Part shown: positions 53,442 to 64,000 of the stretch, one piece after another | Position numbering within the stretch: position 1 is the first letter of the stretch | How the letters are laid out: each line of letters opens with the position of its first letter | Assembly (NCBI RefSeq): GCF_037042905.1 | Contig: NC_087251.1 | Span: 20,214,001 to 20,278,000 of the forward strand | Source of the DNA: Lytechinus pictus | Lineage: Eukaryota | Direction of reading: 5' to 3' | DNA length: 64,000 bases | The notes under the pieces: generated by a model | The model's input: only the letters and a program-made list of their open reading frames with translations | Database searches by the model: none | Told to the model about the DNA's origin: nothing | Translations under genes and position numbers: made by a program

Positions 53442-56327
53442 ATGAAGTCCTTTACTCTCTGCTGGCTTTCAGGGCGCTTTAGTGCTTTATTTTTACTTCT
53501 TACCTTTTCTGTTTTATTGGACCATTCTGTTGTATGCATTGCTACTTGCCCCGATGAATGTTCATGCTTGACCCGTTCTGTCATCTGCTCCAGAATGCTG
53601 TTGACTTCAGTACCAATTTCCAATGTTTCAAGTGATATTGACAAGTTCATCTTAGATAATAATAAGATCAGCATTATTGAGGATGGCACATTCTTCTCAT
53701 TTTCGTATCTTCGCCGATTGAGTCTTGGCTACAATACAATTTCTAGTTTGGAACCACTAGCTTTTCAGGGACTTCGCCGTCTATATGATCTCAGACTCAG
53801 GAATAATCGTCTTGTTGACATATCGGCCATACGTGATCTACCGAATCTTTTTTTCCTCCACCTCGAATCAAACTTCATACGTAATCTTGAACCAGGGGAT
53901 TTTCACGACGTCGCCAATGTCAAACCATTAATTCTTAAGTTATCTTTCAACTTCATTACAAAGTTATCTCCATTGTCACCACCTATGACTTGTCTCAAAG
54001 CCACATCTAACTGCTTGATAAACTTCGACCTTCATGAAAATGTTCAGGCACGTGAATTAAGTGATATAAATTTAAGTAATAACAAAATTCGTTTCCTACC
54101 TGACCTCAGTGGACTGATTTCGCTTAGAAGGCTTATCCTTACGGGAAACCCAATTCAGGCGATCTTCCCTTCTACTACCGTTCCTCAAAGTTTGTACTTT
54201 GTAGACATAAGATATTCCAATCTTTCGGTTGTTCCAGAATCATGGGTTAGCAAGAACAGCAGCATCACTGATTTGTTTCTTGACGGAAATCATATAAAGA
54301 ATATCTTTCATAATGAAAGCAGTATCATACGTACACTTTCCTTGATTGAAAATTTTCGCCAAGAAAAAAAGGCGACTCCAGTGAGCCATGCATTTATATT
54401 CATTATTCATTCGCGTATTATGCCTTACCTTCAAACATTGTATCTGATCAACAATAAGATCGAAGAACTTCACATTGATAATAATTGCATTAACGACAGT
54501 ATGATGAATGATGATCATGATCATCCACACAGTCTCATGTTTTTGTACCTCGATCAAAACTCTATTGGAGATATTACGTTTCTTAGGAAACTCCCTCGTT
54601 TAGAGATTTTGTCTTTGTCTCATAACAAAGTTCAGACTGTGGATTGGGGACGCTCTGATCAACACAACAGACTTCGATACTTTTCACTGTCTCATAACCA
54701 ACTTCAAATTCTTGAGAATTTCACGCGACTTGATGTCCTTAGCCATTTAAATGTATCTTACAACCAGATTTGGATGGTCAAGAAGGAAGCATTTCAGGGT
54801 TCTTTTAATTTGAAAATTCTTGATATGCGAGGCAATTATCTGATGACCATCCCTGACTTGTCGAATTTACCTAGAATTATTTATCTTGATCTCAGTGAAA
54901 ATCTCTTGGAATGTATCCGGAAAGAAGATTTGAATAATCTAACCAACTTGTCGTATATATATGTTAGTGTAGCAAGTAATTTCATCAGCAATGCTTCGAT
55001 TTCAAGTTCAAAATATTTTTCAAAGTTAAACTTGCAAAACAATCTTCTAACATCATTGAATGAAATCGGAGAACCAGAATATTTTAATATCGATGGTAAT
55101 ATGATTTCTAATTTTCGTTTCCGATTTAGTGATGAACTACCGCATATTTCAGAAGCCGAACTTTCACGCAGCAGATTAACGAATATGAACCTTCCCTTGA
55201 CAACTGAAACATTCCATTGTTCCAACAATCGCATTTTATCTTTGGAAAGAACCTCGATTTGCTTCAATGCAAGTTATGAGCAATGTGACTTTGCATGTCA
55301 TCTAATGTATGTGTACCTCGATTGGAATATGATACGATATATTTCCGGCGATGTGTTCAATCCTTGTAGAATTATCATTTTATCACTTGAAGGCAATCCG
55401 ATTCAACTTCTACCCAGTGAGTATTTCACAAATCTGGCCAATCTTTATTTATCTCACTCAAATCTGACGACTCCATCATATTCATTGACGGCAAAAAGTA
55501 CATCTCTTCTGGTGTTGTCAATGAACAACATCCCTATGTTCCATAAGTTCTCTGAAAACATCACCTTTGATTTATCTACGTTATTTTTTCTGTTCCTTAG
55601 TGATAATGGTATTATCGATTTTCCTAAAATAACAGCCCCTGACCTTGAAAGTCTGGATCTTAGTAAGAATGAAATCAAGTTTGTAATACAAAAAGTGTTT
55701 CAAGGTATTCCAAGGATCCGCTATATTGATTTGAGTAGCAATCACATTAAAAGTATCCCTCCTGACACTTTTGCGGCTAGCATTTACATCAGAGAGCTTA
55801 ATTTAGAAAGCAATCAGATTCATCACATCAGTGAGTACGCGTTCATCAACCAAAGGAGTGGATTCATTCTACGACTTGGAAACAACCATCTCGTATCTAT
55901 TCTGCCAAGTAGTCTACCTGTTCTCTCGCGGACCGTCTACCTTGATCCAAACCCATGGAACTGTGACTGCGAATCAACATCGATTAAAAGATGGCTCTTG
56001 CTATCAGGTGTCAATCTGTATCACTGTATGAACCCATTGTATTTGAGGAATATGAGTCTTGTGAGTCTGAAAGAGACAGATTTGTGTCACGATGAGTATG
56101 GTGACTTCAAGTCTACAGAGACCCAAACCAGTCTTAGTATGCCTAGTGGAGTAAATAGAATTATTTTTAGCTACTGTCTAAACTTAACCTGGGCACTACT
56201 ATTATCTTCATATTTGTCTCTGTCAGAATTATCATATTGTCTAAATGCGTGTGTTTGTAATGTACTGTCAATGGAAATCGCTTTGGAATTAATTGCTATA
56301 CATATATTTAGTACGCTTATCCTTTGA
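53442..56327 (+). CDS. Single-ORF leucine-rich-repeat surface protein, copy 2 (no TIR)
   Basis: 961-aa ORF collinear with copy 1: signal peptide, CPDECSC LRRNT, LRR array, NPWNCDC LRRCT, long hydrophobic C-terminus. Confidence 0.92.
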   Translation: MKSFTLCWLSGRFSALFLLLTFSVLLDHSVVCIATCPDECSCLTRSVICSRMLLTSVPISNVSSDIDKFILDNNKISIIEDGTFFSFSYLRRLSLGYNTISSLEPLAFQGLRRLYDLRLRNNRLVDISAIRDLPNLFFLHLESNFIRNLEPGDFHDVANVKPLILKLSFNFITKLSPLSPPMTCLKATSNCLINFDLHENVQARELSDINLSNNKIRFLPDLSGLISLRRLILTGNPIQAIFPSTTVPQSLYFVDIRYSNLSVVPESWVSKNSSITDLFLDGNHIKNIFHNESSIIRTLSLIENFRQEKKATPVSHAFIFIIHSRIMPYLQTLYLINNKIEELHIDNNCINDSMMNDDHDHPHSLMFLYLDQNSIGDITFLRKLPRLEILSLSHNKVQTVDWGRSDQHNRLRYFSLSHNQLQILENFTRLDVLSHLNVSYNQIWMVKKEAFQGSFNLKILDMRGNYLMTIPDLSNLPRIIYLDLSENLLECIRKEDLNNLTNLSYIYVSVASNFISNASISSSKYFSKLNLQNNLLTSLNEIGEPEYFNIDGNMISNFRFRFSDELPHISEAELSRSRLTNMNLPLTTETFHCSNNRILSLERTSICFNASYEQCDFACHLMYVYLDWNMIRYISGDVFNPCRIIILSLEGNPIQLLPSEYFTNLANLYLSHSNLTTPSYSLTAKSTSLLVLSMNNIPMFHKFSENITFDLSTLFFLFLSDNGIIDFPKITAPDLESLDLSKNEIKFVIQKVFQGIPRIRYIDLSSNHIKSIPPDTFAASIYIRELNLESNQIHHISEYAFINQRSGFILRLGNNHLVSILPSSLPVLSRTVYLDPNPWNCDCESTSIKRWLLLSGVNLYHCMNPLYLRNMSLVSLKETDLCHDEYGDFKSTETQTSLSMPSGVNRIIFSYCLNLTWALLLSSYLSLSELSYCLNACVCNVLSMEIALELIAIHIFSTLIL

Positions 56328-56366
56328 ATATAAAGCAAAACACTAATCATTGACAAAACGCAAATA

Positions 56367-57102
56367 CACACTAAGAAATTCGGGTTCACTTTTACACCCC
56401 TAGGGGTGCACAGGCTTGTCCCTATACGAGTACCCCTAGCGGTGCACACGTACACCCCGAATATGTTTGCACCCCTATTTGGGGTGTCCATCTGCACCTT
56501 AGAGGGTGTACACGTCTACCCCTTAGGGTACATAATGTACCCCCAGTCCCCCACCTAAAATAACAAAAAGATTGTCGAGACTTCCGATCCATTCACTTTC
56601 TGTTTCGAATTTTTAGTTACCTTAGTTGGGAATCGAACTCACCTCGTTTTATATCATGTCTGTAGTCAAGATTTTTCCCGCTAAGCCAGCGAGTCGAAGC
56701 GCTGAGACCGGATGAGGTCCCTAGCGACATGATCTGATTCTTTTTTTTACTTGTGCTGATGGTTGTGATTCAAGTAGCTCTATTTACTGTTTTTCAAAAT
56801 GTATACGCAATCAAATGTGTTTTTGAAACAATAATCATCACATAAATATTAGATATTTAACAAATCATTTCACTTTAGGTAAAGTGTGACGTTAGTGCAT
56901 TGTTATTTCGGGTTATCTTCGATCACAAATCAACTGTATATATACCATACGTCTATCAGCGAGACTGGTGGGGTGCGCGCAAAGAGTACATGGGTGTACA
57001 ACAGACACATACTCTCGCATAAGAGCTAACTTGCACCTCAATGGTTTTGCAAGGTGTACGCATGTATCGTACACCCCATTTGCGCCGGGATTTCTTAGTG
57101 TG
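56367..57102. mobile_element. EnSpm/CACTA-like MITE
   Basis: TIR CACACTAAGAAAT / ATTTCTTAGTGTG; 2-bp TA TSD; empty site visible in the paralogous flank at ~48758; TACACCCC subterminal repeats. Confidence 0.8.
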
Positions 57103-57158
57103 TATGTTTGGTCCACTGACTATATTGACTGAGTATACAATTCGCAACTTTACACCAG

Positions 57159-57315
57159 GGGGGCGTTTCATGAAAGGACTTGTCGGACGTTTTATCCGAC
57201 AAGTCCCATTTTATCCGACAGTTACCATAGGAACAGTGCCTCTCTGCCAATCAAAATCATTGAAAGATGTCAGATCTGACAACTTGTCGGATGAAAATAT
57301 TGATGAAACGCTCCC
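57159..57315. mobile_element. Harbinger-like MITE
   Basis: TIR GGGGGCGTTTCAT / ATGAAACGCTCCC; TSD CAG; empty site at ~48812 in the paralogous flank. Confidence 0.85.
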
Positions 57316-57855
57316 CAGACCGATGCTTAAACTCATCAAAAGATGTTAATGAACAAAACAGTAAGTATCTTCGAACAGACAATCAGTCAGCTTATCGACA
57401 TCAAATATTAGTGAGTTTTCGTTCAGCGACGTACGGGGATTTGAGGTTACACGGGCCTAATTACAACTGACAGGCAAAAGATATTCATTCGAGCCAACCC
57501 ATTCTCAATTTTTAAATTTGATATTGCTGATTGTCAAAAATGAATGGATGTAATTGACAATCTCACTCTGACTCTAGGGAGGGTACCTACTGAACTTCCT
57601 TTTTCCAAATTGGAAAGATATATTACTAGTTTGGAACTATTTTTTACTGGTGGACGAATTAGGGCCATTTTACTCTCTTAAGTGATGAATTTGATCCTGT
57701 CAGGTGTAGTCTTCATAAATGCCGATTTATTTTTAAAATTAGCCGGCCGAGGTACCCTTTTCTGGTCAGATATGGAATGTCAGACATATATCCTGCCCAC
57801 TGGTAGTAAACACTCAGCCCTCGAATTTCCTCCTTATTTTTTTATGATTTTTTTT

Positions 57856-57960
57856 AAAGTACCACTTTAACACACGGGTCTATGGGAAATGTTTGGTCAT
57901 TTGATAGACTATCAAATGATCAAACATTTCCCATAGACCCGTGTGTTAAAGTGGCACTTT
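57856..57960. repeat. 105-bp near-perfect palindrome
   Basis: 52-bp arms, 1-nt spacer (57908), 2 mismatches. Confidence 0.9.
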
Positions 57961-58168
57961 TGGACTCCAATATTATGGCCTAGAAAGTCAATTAGTGTGC
58001 TCTAAAATGCGCTTGGTCGCTTCGCTACCTCGCCGGGACTCAGACAGCAATGACACCAATGATAACATGCCTTGAGTTGGTTAGTATATCCTTCTCAAGC
58101 TCGCCCATGAAGATGTTGGCATAGGATGGAGCGAATGGCGTACCCACTTAACTGTCAACAATACACTA

Positions 58169-59127
58169 CAGTGCGTATCAAAAAGTTTACACTTTGAAAA
58201 AGCCCTGGGAATTAAAAAATATACAACATGTGGGTAATTTTTTCACATATAATCTTTGGTTTGGGTCTCATCTATCAAATGAAAGTATAAGTATTGACAG
58301 AATGTTACACTTGAGTGAGCACTGTCCATTTTTGTAAAGCTCGCAGAAATCTGTTTGCGCAGAAATGCTCGTTTTCACGCTGTGTCAAGGGGAAAGGGCG
58401 AAATCAAACTTACCCTGCGAAACATTTCTCATACATTTCCCTTGCACTTTTGGTCCCTTGAAATCAAACGGTTACATTCAGTTACATACATTTTGTAACA
58501 ATTTTGCCACCCAAATTGAAATTTCAACACTTAGTAGCACAACCTTTACCCTTTTTGTGCCAGCTGGATCTGAGGACAGAACTAAGTCTGTACAAAAGTT
58601 TATGTCAGACATCTCCAGCATTTTTTCACTAAGGTTTTATCATTTAAAGTGGGTTTACATTTCACTTTTCATTTAATACATGTTTCTCCACACTTTTTTC
58701 CAAGCTTGACAATGATTAACAAAATTAAAATCAAGCCTAAGCCTCTTCATGTAAATCACAGCTTAGTGTAAAGCAAATATCGTCACGATGGCCGCGGTGT
58801 GTGGGGGAGTGGGTGGGGCGCAATGCATTCTTCGAAGTGTTTTGGGCAAGGAAACAAGTTAAAAAGGGTAAAAGATATCTCCAAATCAATTTTACTAGCT
58901 AAATTCCACGTGTTTTTCAGGGTTAAGGTCTACTTTTATTCGCATAACTATTTCAAAGTTCTGCGCAAATAATTTTCAATAACTTTTCAAAAGTAAGTGG
59001 TGCTCACTCAAGCGGAAATATTTTTCGACAGTTATATCGTCATTTGCTTAAATGTATCTGTACCAATGTTAAAATGTGGAAAAATCTTCAGGATATTACA
59101 AATGTATAATTTTTTTGATACGCATTG
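58169..59127. mobile_element. Tc1/mariner-type MITE
   Basis: TA-CAGTGCGTATCAAAAA ... TTTTTGATACGCATTG-TA. Confidence 0.8.
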
Positions 59128-59320
59128 TATACTAAAGGACCTTAGGGTAACTACAGTATATATTCTATACTTCGTTACATATTGACTCATCATTACCTTA
59201 TATAAATAACTGGTTATTATTTATGGACTATAATTATTTATCTCCGTTATGTATTGCATTATATTGTATTTATCATTGTTATTAGTAGACCTATATTTTG
59301 TATTTTATATATTGGTTTAG

Positions 59321-59354
59321 ATCCTGATGAAGGGCATGTGCCCGAAAGCTTGAT
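59321..59354 (+). ncRNA. Minimal type I hammerhead ribozyme motif in a Penelope-like fragment (~59130-59410)
   Basis: ATC-CTGATGA-A-GGGC(ATGT)GCCC-GAAA-GC-TT-GAT: stem I ATC/GAT, palindromic AGCT stem III; followed by a (TA)n tract. Confidence 0.7.
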
Positions 59355-60363
59355 GAAGACTGGTATTGACCTTGCTATGGCCCTCTCCATACTCTTGATC
59401 TCAAATAATATATACATTTATATATATATATATATATATATACATATATATATACACACATATATATACACCCATATATACACCCGTGTGTGTGAGGATG
59501 TGTGTATTAAAACTTCACTTATTTACTCTTATATTCAATGCATGTTTCTACAGTGCTATACAATGTATATATATAATGTGAGGGTGTGTGTGTGTGTATA
59601 CATAATAATCGCAATCGGTTTAGTCAATGCGTAGCTCTCAAATATGAAAGGTAAAGCTCATGTAGTAGCGAAGTAAAGCCATTTAAAAGAAAAAAAAAAC
59701 TGATTATAATTTTTTTTCAAAGCAAAATATTCAGCTTGCAAGCGGTTAATATTCATGGAACTTAGTTGTACTTGTAGTTTATGCAATATACAGTATAGAG
59801 AGAGTTGTCAATTTGATAAGTAAAAATTTGACTTTTACCTCTGGTTTGGGGCTTTAAAATTACTTGAAGCTTGTCTACTCATATACACAGTATAGACGTC
59901 CTATGAAGATCTGAACTAAATAACCATTGTTTCATCATATTTCCTGTAAACTATCAAACTTGCGATTTTTGTTTGACGTAGTTGTAACTTTAATTTATTT
60001 TTACAATGATTTTCATAAGTGTAGTTGCCTGTCATCGTTTACTTAAGCAACGATCCCGTCGGAAACAAGCAATCTAGATTTTCATTGGCTATCCTGTTAA
60101 TGTAGTTTGATTATATTATACTTAATTGTTCTCCTTACGTTCCGCATTTGAATAAAATCAACAAATCAATGCTTGAGATATGTTCTTTTAAGAATCATAA
60201 ACAAAGAGAGAATGCGCTGTTGAAAAATCATGAATGTTCAATTTCTTTTCCTATTTTGTAGGAAAATATTTACCAAGTGGTACTTCCAAGTTCCATAGCA
60301 TTGACCACGTGAATGAAAATAATTGTATAGAGTATCCATGTGGTTGGTCAAATCTTTACATTA

Positions 60364-61249
60364 TTATACCCCCGCCAAACGATCTAAGTTTGAAGGGGCC
60401 ATTGGAATCAGCGTACAGTCAGTCGGTCGGTCCGTTGCAAATCTTGCGCTTCGAACTACTCCCTCATTTTTAACCAATCCTCATGAAGTTTTGAACACAC
60501 GTTGGTTTCGAGGTAAAGATGGGCAAGACATAGTTTTGCGTGTGTCGGAAATCGTGATGCCATGGTAATAATGTATTAAATGCTGAACATTTGTTGAAAA
60601 TCTTGCATGCGGTTCGAACTACTTCATCAGTTTTCAACAAATTCTTATGGAATTCGGCTCCCACATTGGTTTTGAGGTAAAGGTGTACGAGATACATTTT
60701 TTGTGTGTCAGATATTGTGTTACCATGGTAAAAATATATTATGCGGCAAAAATTAGGGGAAAAATTGCGTTTCGAACTACTTCCTCAGTTCGTAACCCTT
60801 TTTCATGAAATTTGGAACGCACATTGGTCTTGATGTAAAGATGTGCAAGACTTATTTTTTGCATGTATCAAAAATTGTGTTGCCATGGTAACCGCATAGT
60901 ATAACAAAAACCGTGGAAAACTCATTGCAGATAAAAATACCTCATCGGTTTATGGCTCGTGCATGCTCATGAGAGTTGGCACCAGCATTGGTCTTTGGGT
61001 AAAAACATGCAATTCCCATTTCCTAATGTGCTTGAAATCGTGTTGCCATGGTAACAGCATGTTATTGCCCCCAAACCCAGGAAAACTATTTCCCCATTTT
61101 TTTAACCATTACTGTAGAAACTTGGCACAAACATTCATCTTGGGTAAAGATCGGCATGCAATATGATTTTTCCAAGTGTGTTTGAAACAGCGCTGTCAAG
61201 GTAACGGCATAGGGCGCGGGTATCAATCACCTTCAGTGATATTTCTAGT
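60364..61249 (+). mobile_element. Helentron-associated (HINE/DINE-like) non-autonomous element
   Basis: Starts TTATACCC; subterminal GGGTAT plus hairpin ATCAC(CTTCA)GTGAT then CTAGT; internal tandem units containing GTTGCCATGGTAAC. Confidence 0.6.
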
Positions 61250-61850
61250 GTCAGCAAGATTTACGTAACTTCCGATGGTTTAATACCTACGGAATCTACC
61301 CACTTTTCACATTAAAAAAAATGTGGAACACCTCTGGCAGTGTCCCCTGCGTTACGCGATTTCATGTAGCAGCAGTGCTGACTTACAAAACAACTAAGAT
61401 GAATGATTACTTGCAAAAATACCATTCATACTAAGTTCATTGACCCTAAATGAACTTTGACCTCGATCATAAGATCTGAAACTCATGACGATGATGATAT
61501 TGCACAGCATTTGTATAGCGCCCAAGACATTCAAAGGCGCATTTTTGGAGGAGCCAGCCAATCTGGGTCGCCGAGGAGGGCGCGCACACAGAACTGTGAC
61601 CCGCAGGTCTTTCCTCATGCAAAAGATCAGTGTTACTTGATTACCCTTATGTCCAAGTTTCATAAACTAGATCGATAATCTTTCAAAGTTATGATGACAC
61701 TTCTGAGCAAACCAATCATTGACCCTAAATGACCTTTTCCTTAATCATGTGACTTAAAATTCATGCAAAACAATTGGTGATACTTGCTTATCCATATGCC
61801 CAAGTTTGGTTAACTAGGTCAACACACTTTGTAAATTGTGATGAAATTTC

Positions 61851-62836
61851 AAACAAGTGGAGCGCCTCTGGCAGTCTCACCTGCATCGCGCGATTCAATA
61901 TAGCAGCAGTGCTGACTATGAAAACGACTTTAAAATAATTATTCACAAAAAACACCATTTATATAATGATACAATACTATGTTCATTGACAATAAATGAC
62001 ATTTGACCTTGATCATGCCACCTAAGACTTGTTAGTGATACTTGATTACCCCTATATCCACATTTTATAAACTATATCTATAAACTGTGAAAGTTATGAC
62101 AGCAATCTAATAATTACCTCCAAAATGGCCAAAATTTAATGACCTTAAATGACCTTTGACTTTGGTCATGTAACCTGAAACTCACATGAGAGGTTTAGTT
62201 ACACTTGATTACTCTCATGTCCAAGTTTTATGAACTAGACCAACACACTTACAGAATTATGATGGTAATTCAACATATACCCCAAACATGGCCAAAGTTC
62301 ATTGACCTATGACCTTGGTCATGTGACCTGAAAATCACACAGGATGTTCAGTAATACTTTATTACTCTTATGTCCAAGTTTCATTTATCGGATCCATGAA
62401 GTTTGAATGTTATGATGGTAATTCACCAGATACCCCCAACTTGGCCAAAGTTCATTGACCCTAAATGACCTTTGACCTTGATCATGTGACCTGAAACTCG
62501 CACAGGATGTTCAGTGATACTTGATCACTCTTATGTCCAAGTTTCATTTATCGGATCCATTAAGTTTGAATGTTATGATGGTAATTCACCAGATACCCCC
62601 AACTTGGCCAAAGTTCATTGACCCTAAATGACCTTTGACCTTGATCATGTGACATGAAACTCAGGCGGGATGTTCAGTTATACCTTACGTCCAAATTTTC
62701 ATGAACTAGGTCCATATATTCTAAGTTATGCTGTCATTTCAAAAACTTAACTTCCGGTTAAGATTTGGTGTTGACGCCGCCGCCGTCGGAAAAGCGGCGC
62801 CTATAGTCTCACTCTGCTTCGCAGGTGAGACAAAAA
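61851..62836 (-). mobile_element. HINE-like element with 163-bp internal tandem repeat (older partial copy at ~61320-61850)
   Basis: Subterminal IR GTCTCACCTGC (61873) / GCAGGTGAGAC (62821); T-rich ends on the minus strand; unit period 163 (62438 to 62601). Confidence 0.65.
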
Positions 62837-62923
62837 CTTATCATTGGTTAAGATTTAAATGTTCATACACAAAACATGGTCAAAGTTCATTGAGCCTAAT
62901 TGACCTTTGACCTTGATCATGTA

Positions 62924-64000
62924 CAGTGGCGTACCGTGGGTCACGGCATTGGGGGGGGGGGCACCAGCAAAAATTTGAGTCACTTAGTGAGCGTGCGAAG
63001 CGCGAGCTGAAATTTTTTTTATATTCAGACCTAAAAAGGGACATTATGATATTTTTTTTGTAATCATGATATTTACCTGTCTCGCTAAACAATGTGAGCG
63101 CGAAGCGCGAGCTGAAATTTTTGTATGATATATTGACCCCAAACAGGGAGATTTTAAGGACTATATTTTAGGAATCCATGAAGAGTATACAACATATCTC
63201 ACCATAGTCATCTAATGCGAGTACCAAGAGCTTGCTGATTTTGTTATAATTACATCTAAACTCATGAAGCACTTGTATTCATTGTAATCATAAATAACAT
63301 ACGCACCTCACTAATCAAATATTGCGAGCGCGAAGCGCGAGCCAAAAATTTAGAAAATTCAGTCCTAAAGAGGGGCATTTTAAGGCTTGTTTGTAGGAAT
63401 TCATGAATTCACTATCCAAATGATGCGAGCGCGAAGCGCGAGCTAAAATTTTTGTATATATTGACCCCCAACAGGAATATTTTAAGCACAAATTTTTAAG
63501 GAATCCATTAAGTGTATACATATCCCACCATAGTCATGTAATGCGAGTGCCAAGCGCTTGCTGATTTTTTTAAATTACATTTGAACACATGAAGCACTTT
63601 TTGTTAGTAGTCATTGTAATCATGATTATCATACGCATCTCACTAATCAAATATTGCGAGCGCGAAGCGCGAGCTGAAAATTTAAATGATTCAGACCTGA
63701 AATGGGGCATTCTAAGGCTTGTTTGTAGGAATTCACTATATAAGACCATACGTATTTCACTAACCAAAAGATGCGAGCAACAGGATTATATATCTCATTA
63801 AATAGACAATGCGAGCACCAGGAACAATGAAGACATAGGCCCTGAGCAAATTATGTTTCATAAAGTTATGATAAAAATGTTTCTAAAGAATATAACATAA
63901 CATAATTATGATCTAATATAACATTATAATGAATAATAATTTCTTCTTTCCCACTACGTTTCTCTTCCTTTCTCCCTCTTTTTCTCCTTTCCCCGTTTTT
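62924..64000. mobile_element. MITE C copy, cut by window end
   Basis: Starts CAGTGGCGTACCGTGGGTCACGGCATT, collinear with 25492-26600. Confidence 0.85.

Noticed and set aside
46795..55678. Antisense ORFs over the LRR genes
   Set aside because: Shadow frames of the real CDS.
44762..56327. Naming the LRR genes as TLRs or giving a gene symbol
   Set aside because: No TIR domain seen, and LRR similarity alone does not establish orthology.
60205..60260. Third LRR copy remnant (TGCGCTGTTGAAA as upstream of copy 2)
   Set aside because: Only a 13-bp match with no LRR coding sequence following.

Overview
AT-rich, repeat-dense eukaryotic DNA. The SINE/MITE repertoire and intronless LRR genes suggest an invertebrate deuterostome such as a sea urchin (inference). 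Host genes: (1) the first three coding exons of a VPS39/Vam6 orthologue on the minus strand (5021-4949, 4373-4308, 754-647), continuing off the left edge; (2) a tandem pair of single-ORF ~950-aa leucine-rich-repeat receptor genes (44762-47608 and 53442-56327, +). Both LRR proteins have signal peptide, LRRNT, many LRRs, LRRCT and a hydrophobic C-terminus, but no TIR or other cytoplasmic domain. The rest is mostly transposon debris: RTE, CR1, L1/Tx1 and L2 LINE fragments, tRNA-derived SINEs, a Sola-like element, many MITEs with readable TIRs/TSDs, Helentron-like elements and microsatellites. Most notable: mosaic gene-conversion-like identity between the LRR paralogues; a MITE-supplied C-terminus in LRR copy 1; four minimal hammerhead-ribozyme motifs in Penelope-like elements, one inside a perfect 80-bp palindrome and two at paralogous (TA)n sites behind each LRR gene; and a multi-level self-nested MITE cluster at 24.9-30.2 kb that creates a ~1.45-kb inverted repeat. 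All family assignments come from reading by eye; no database searches were run.
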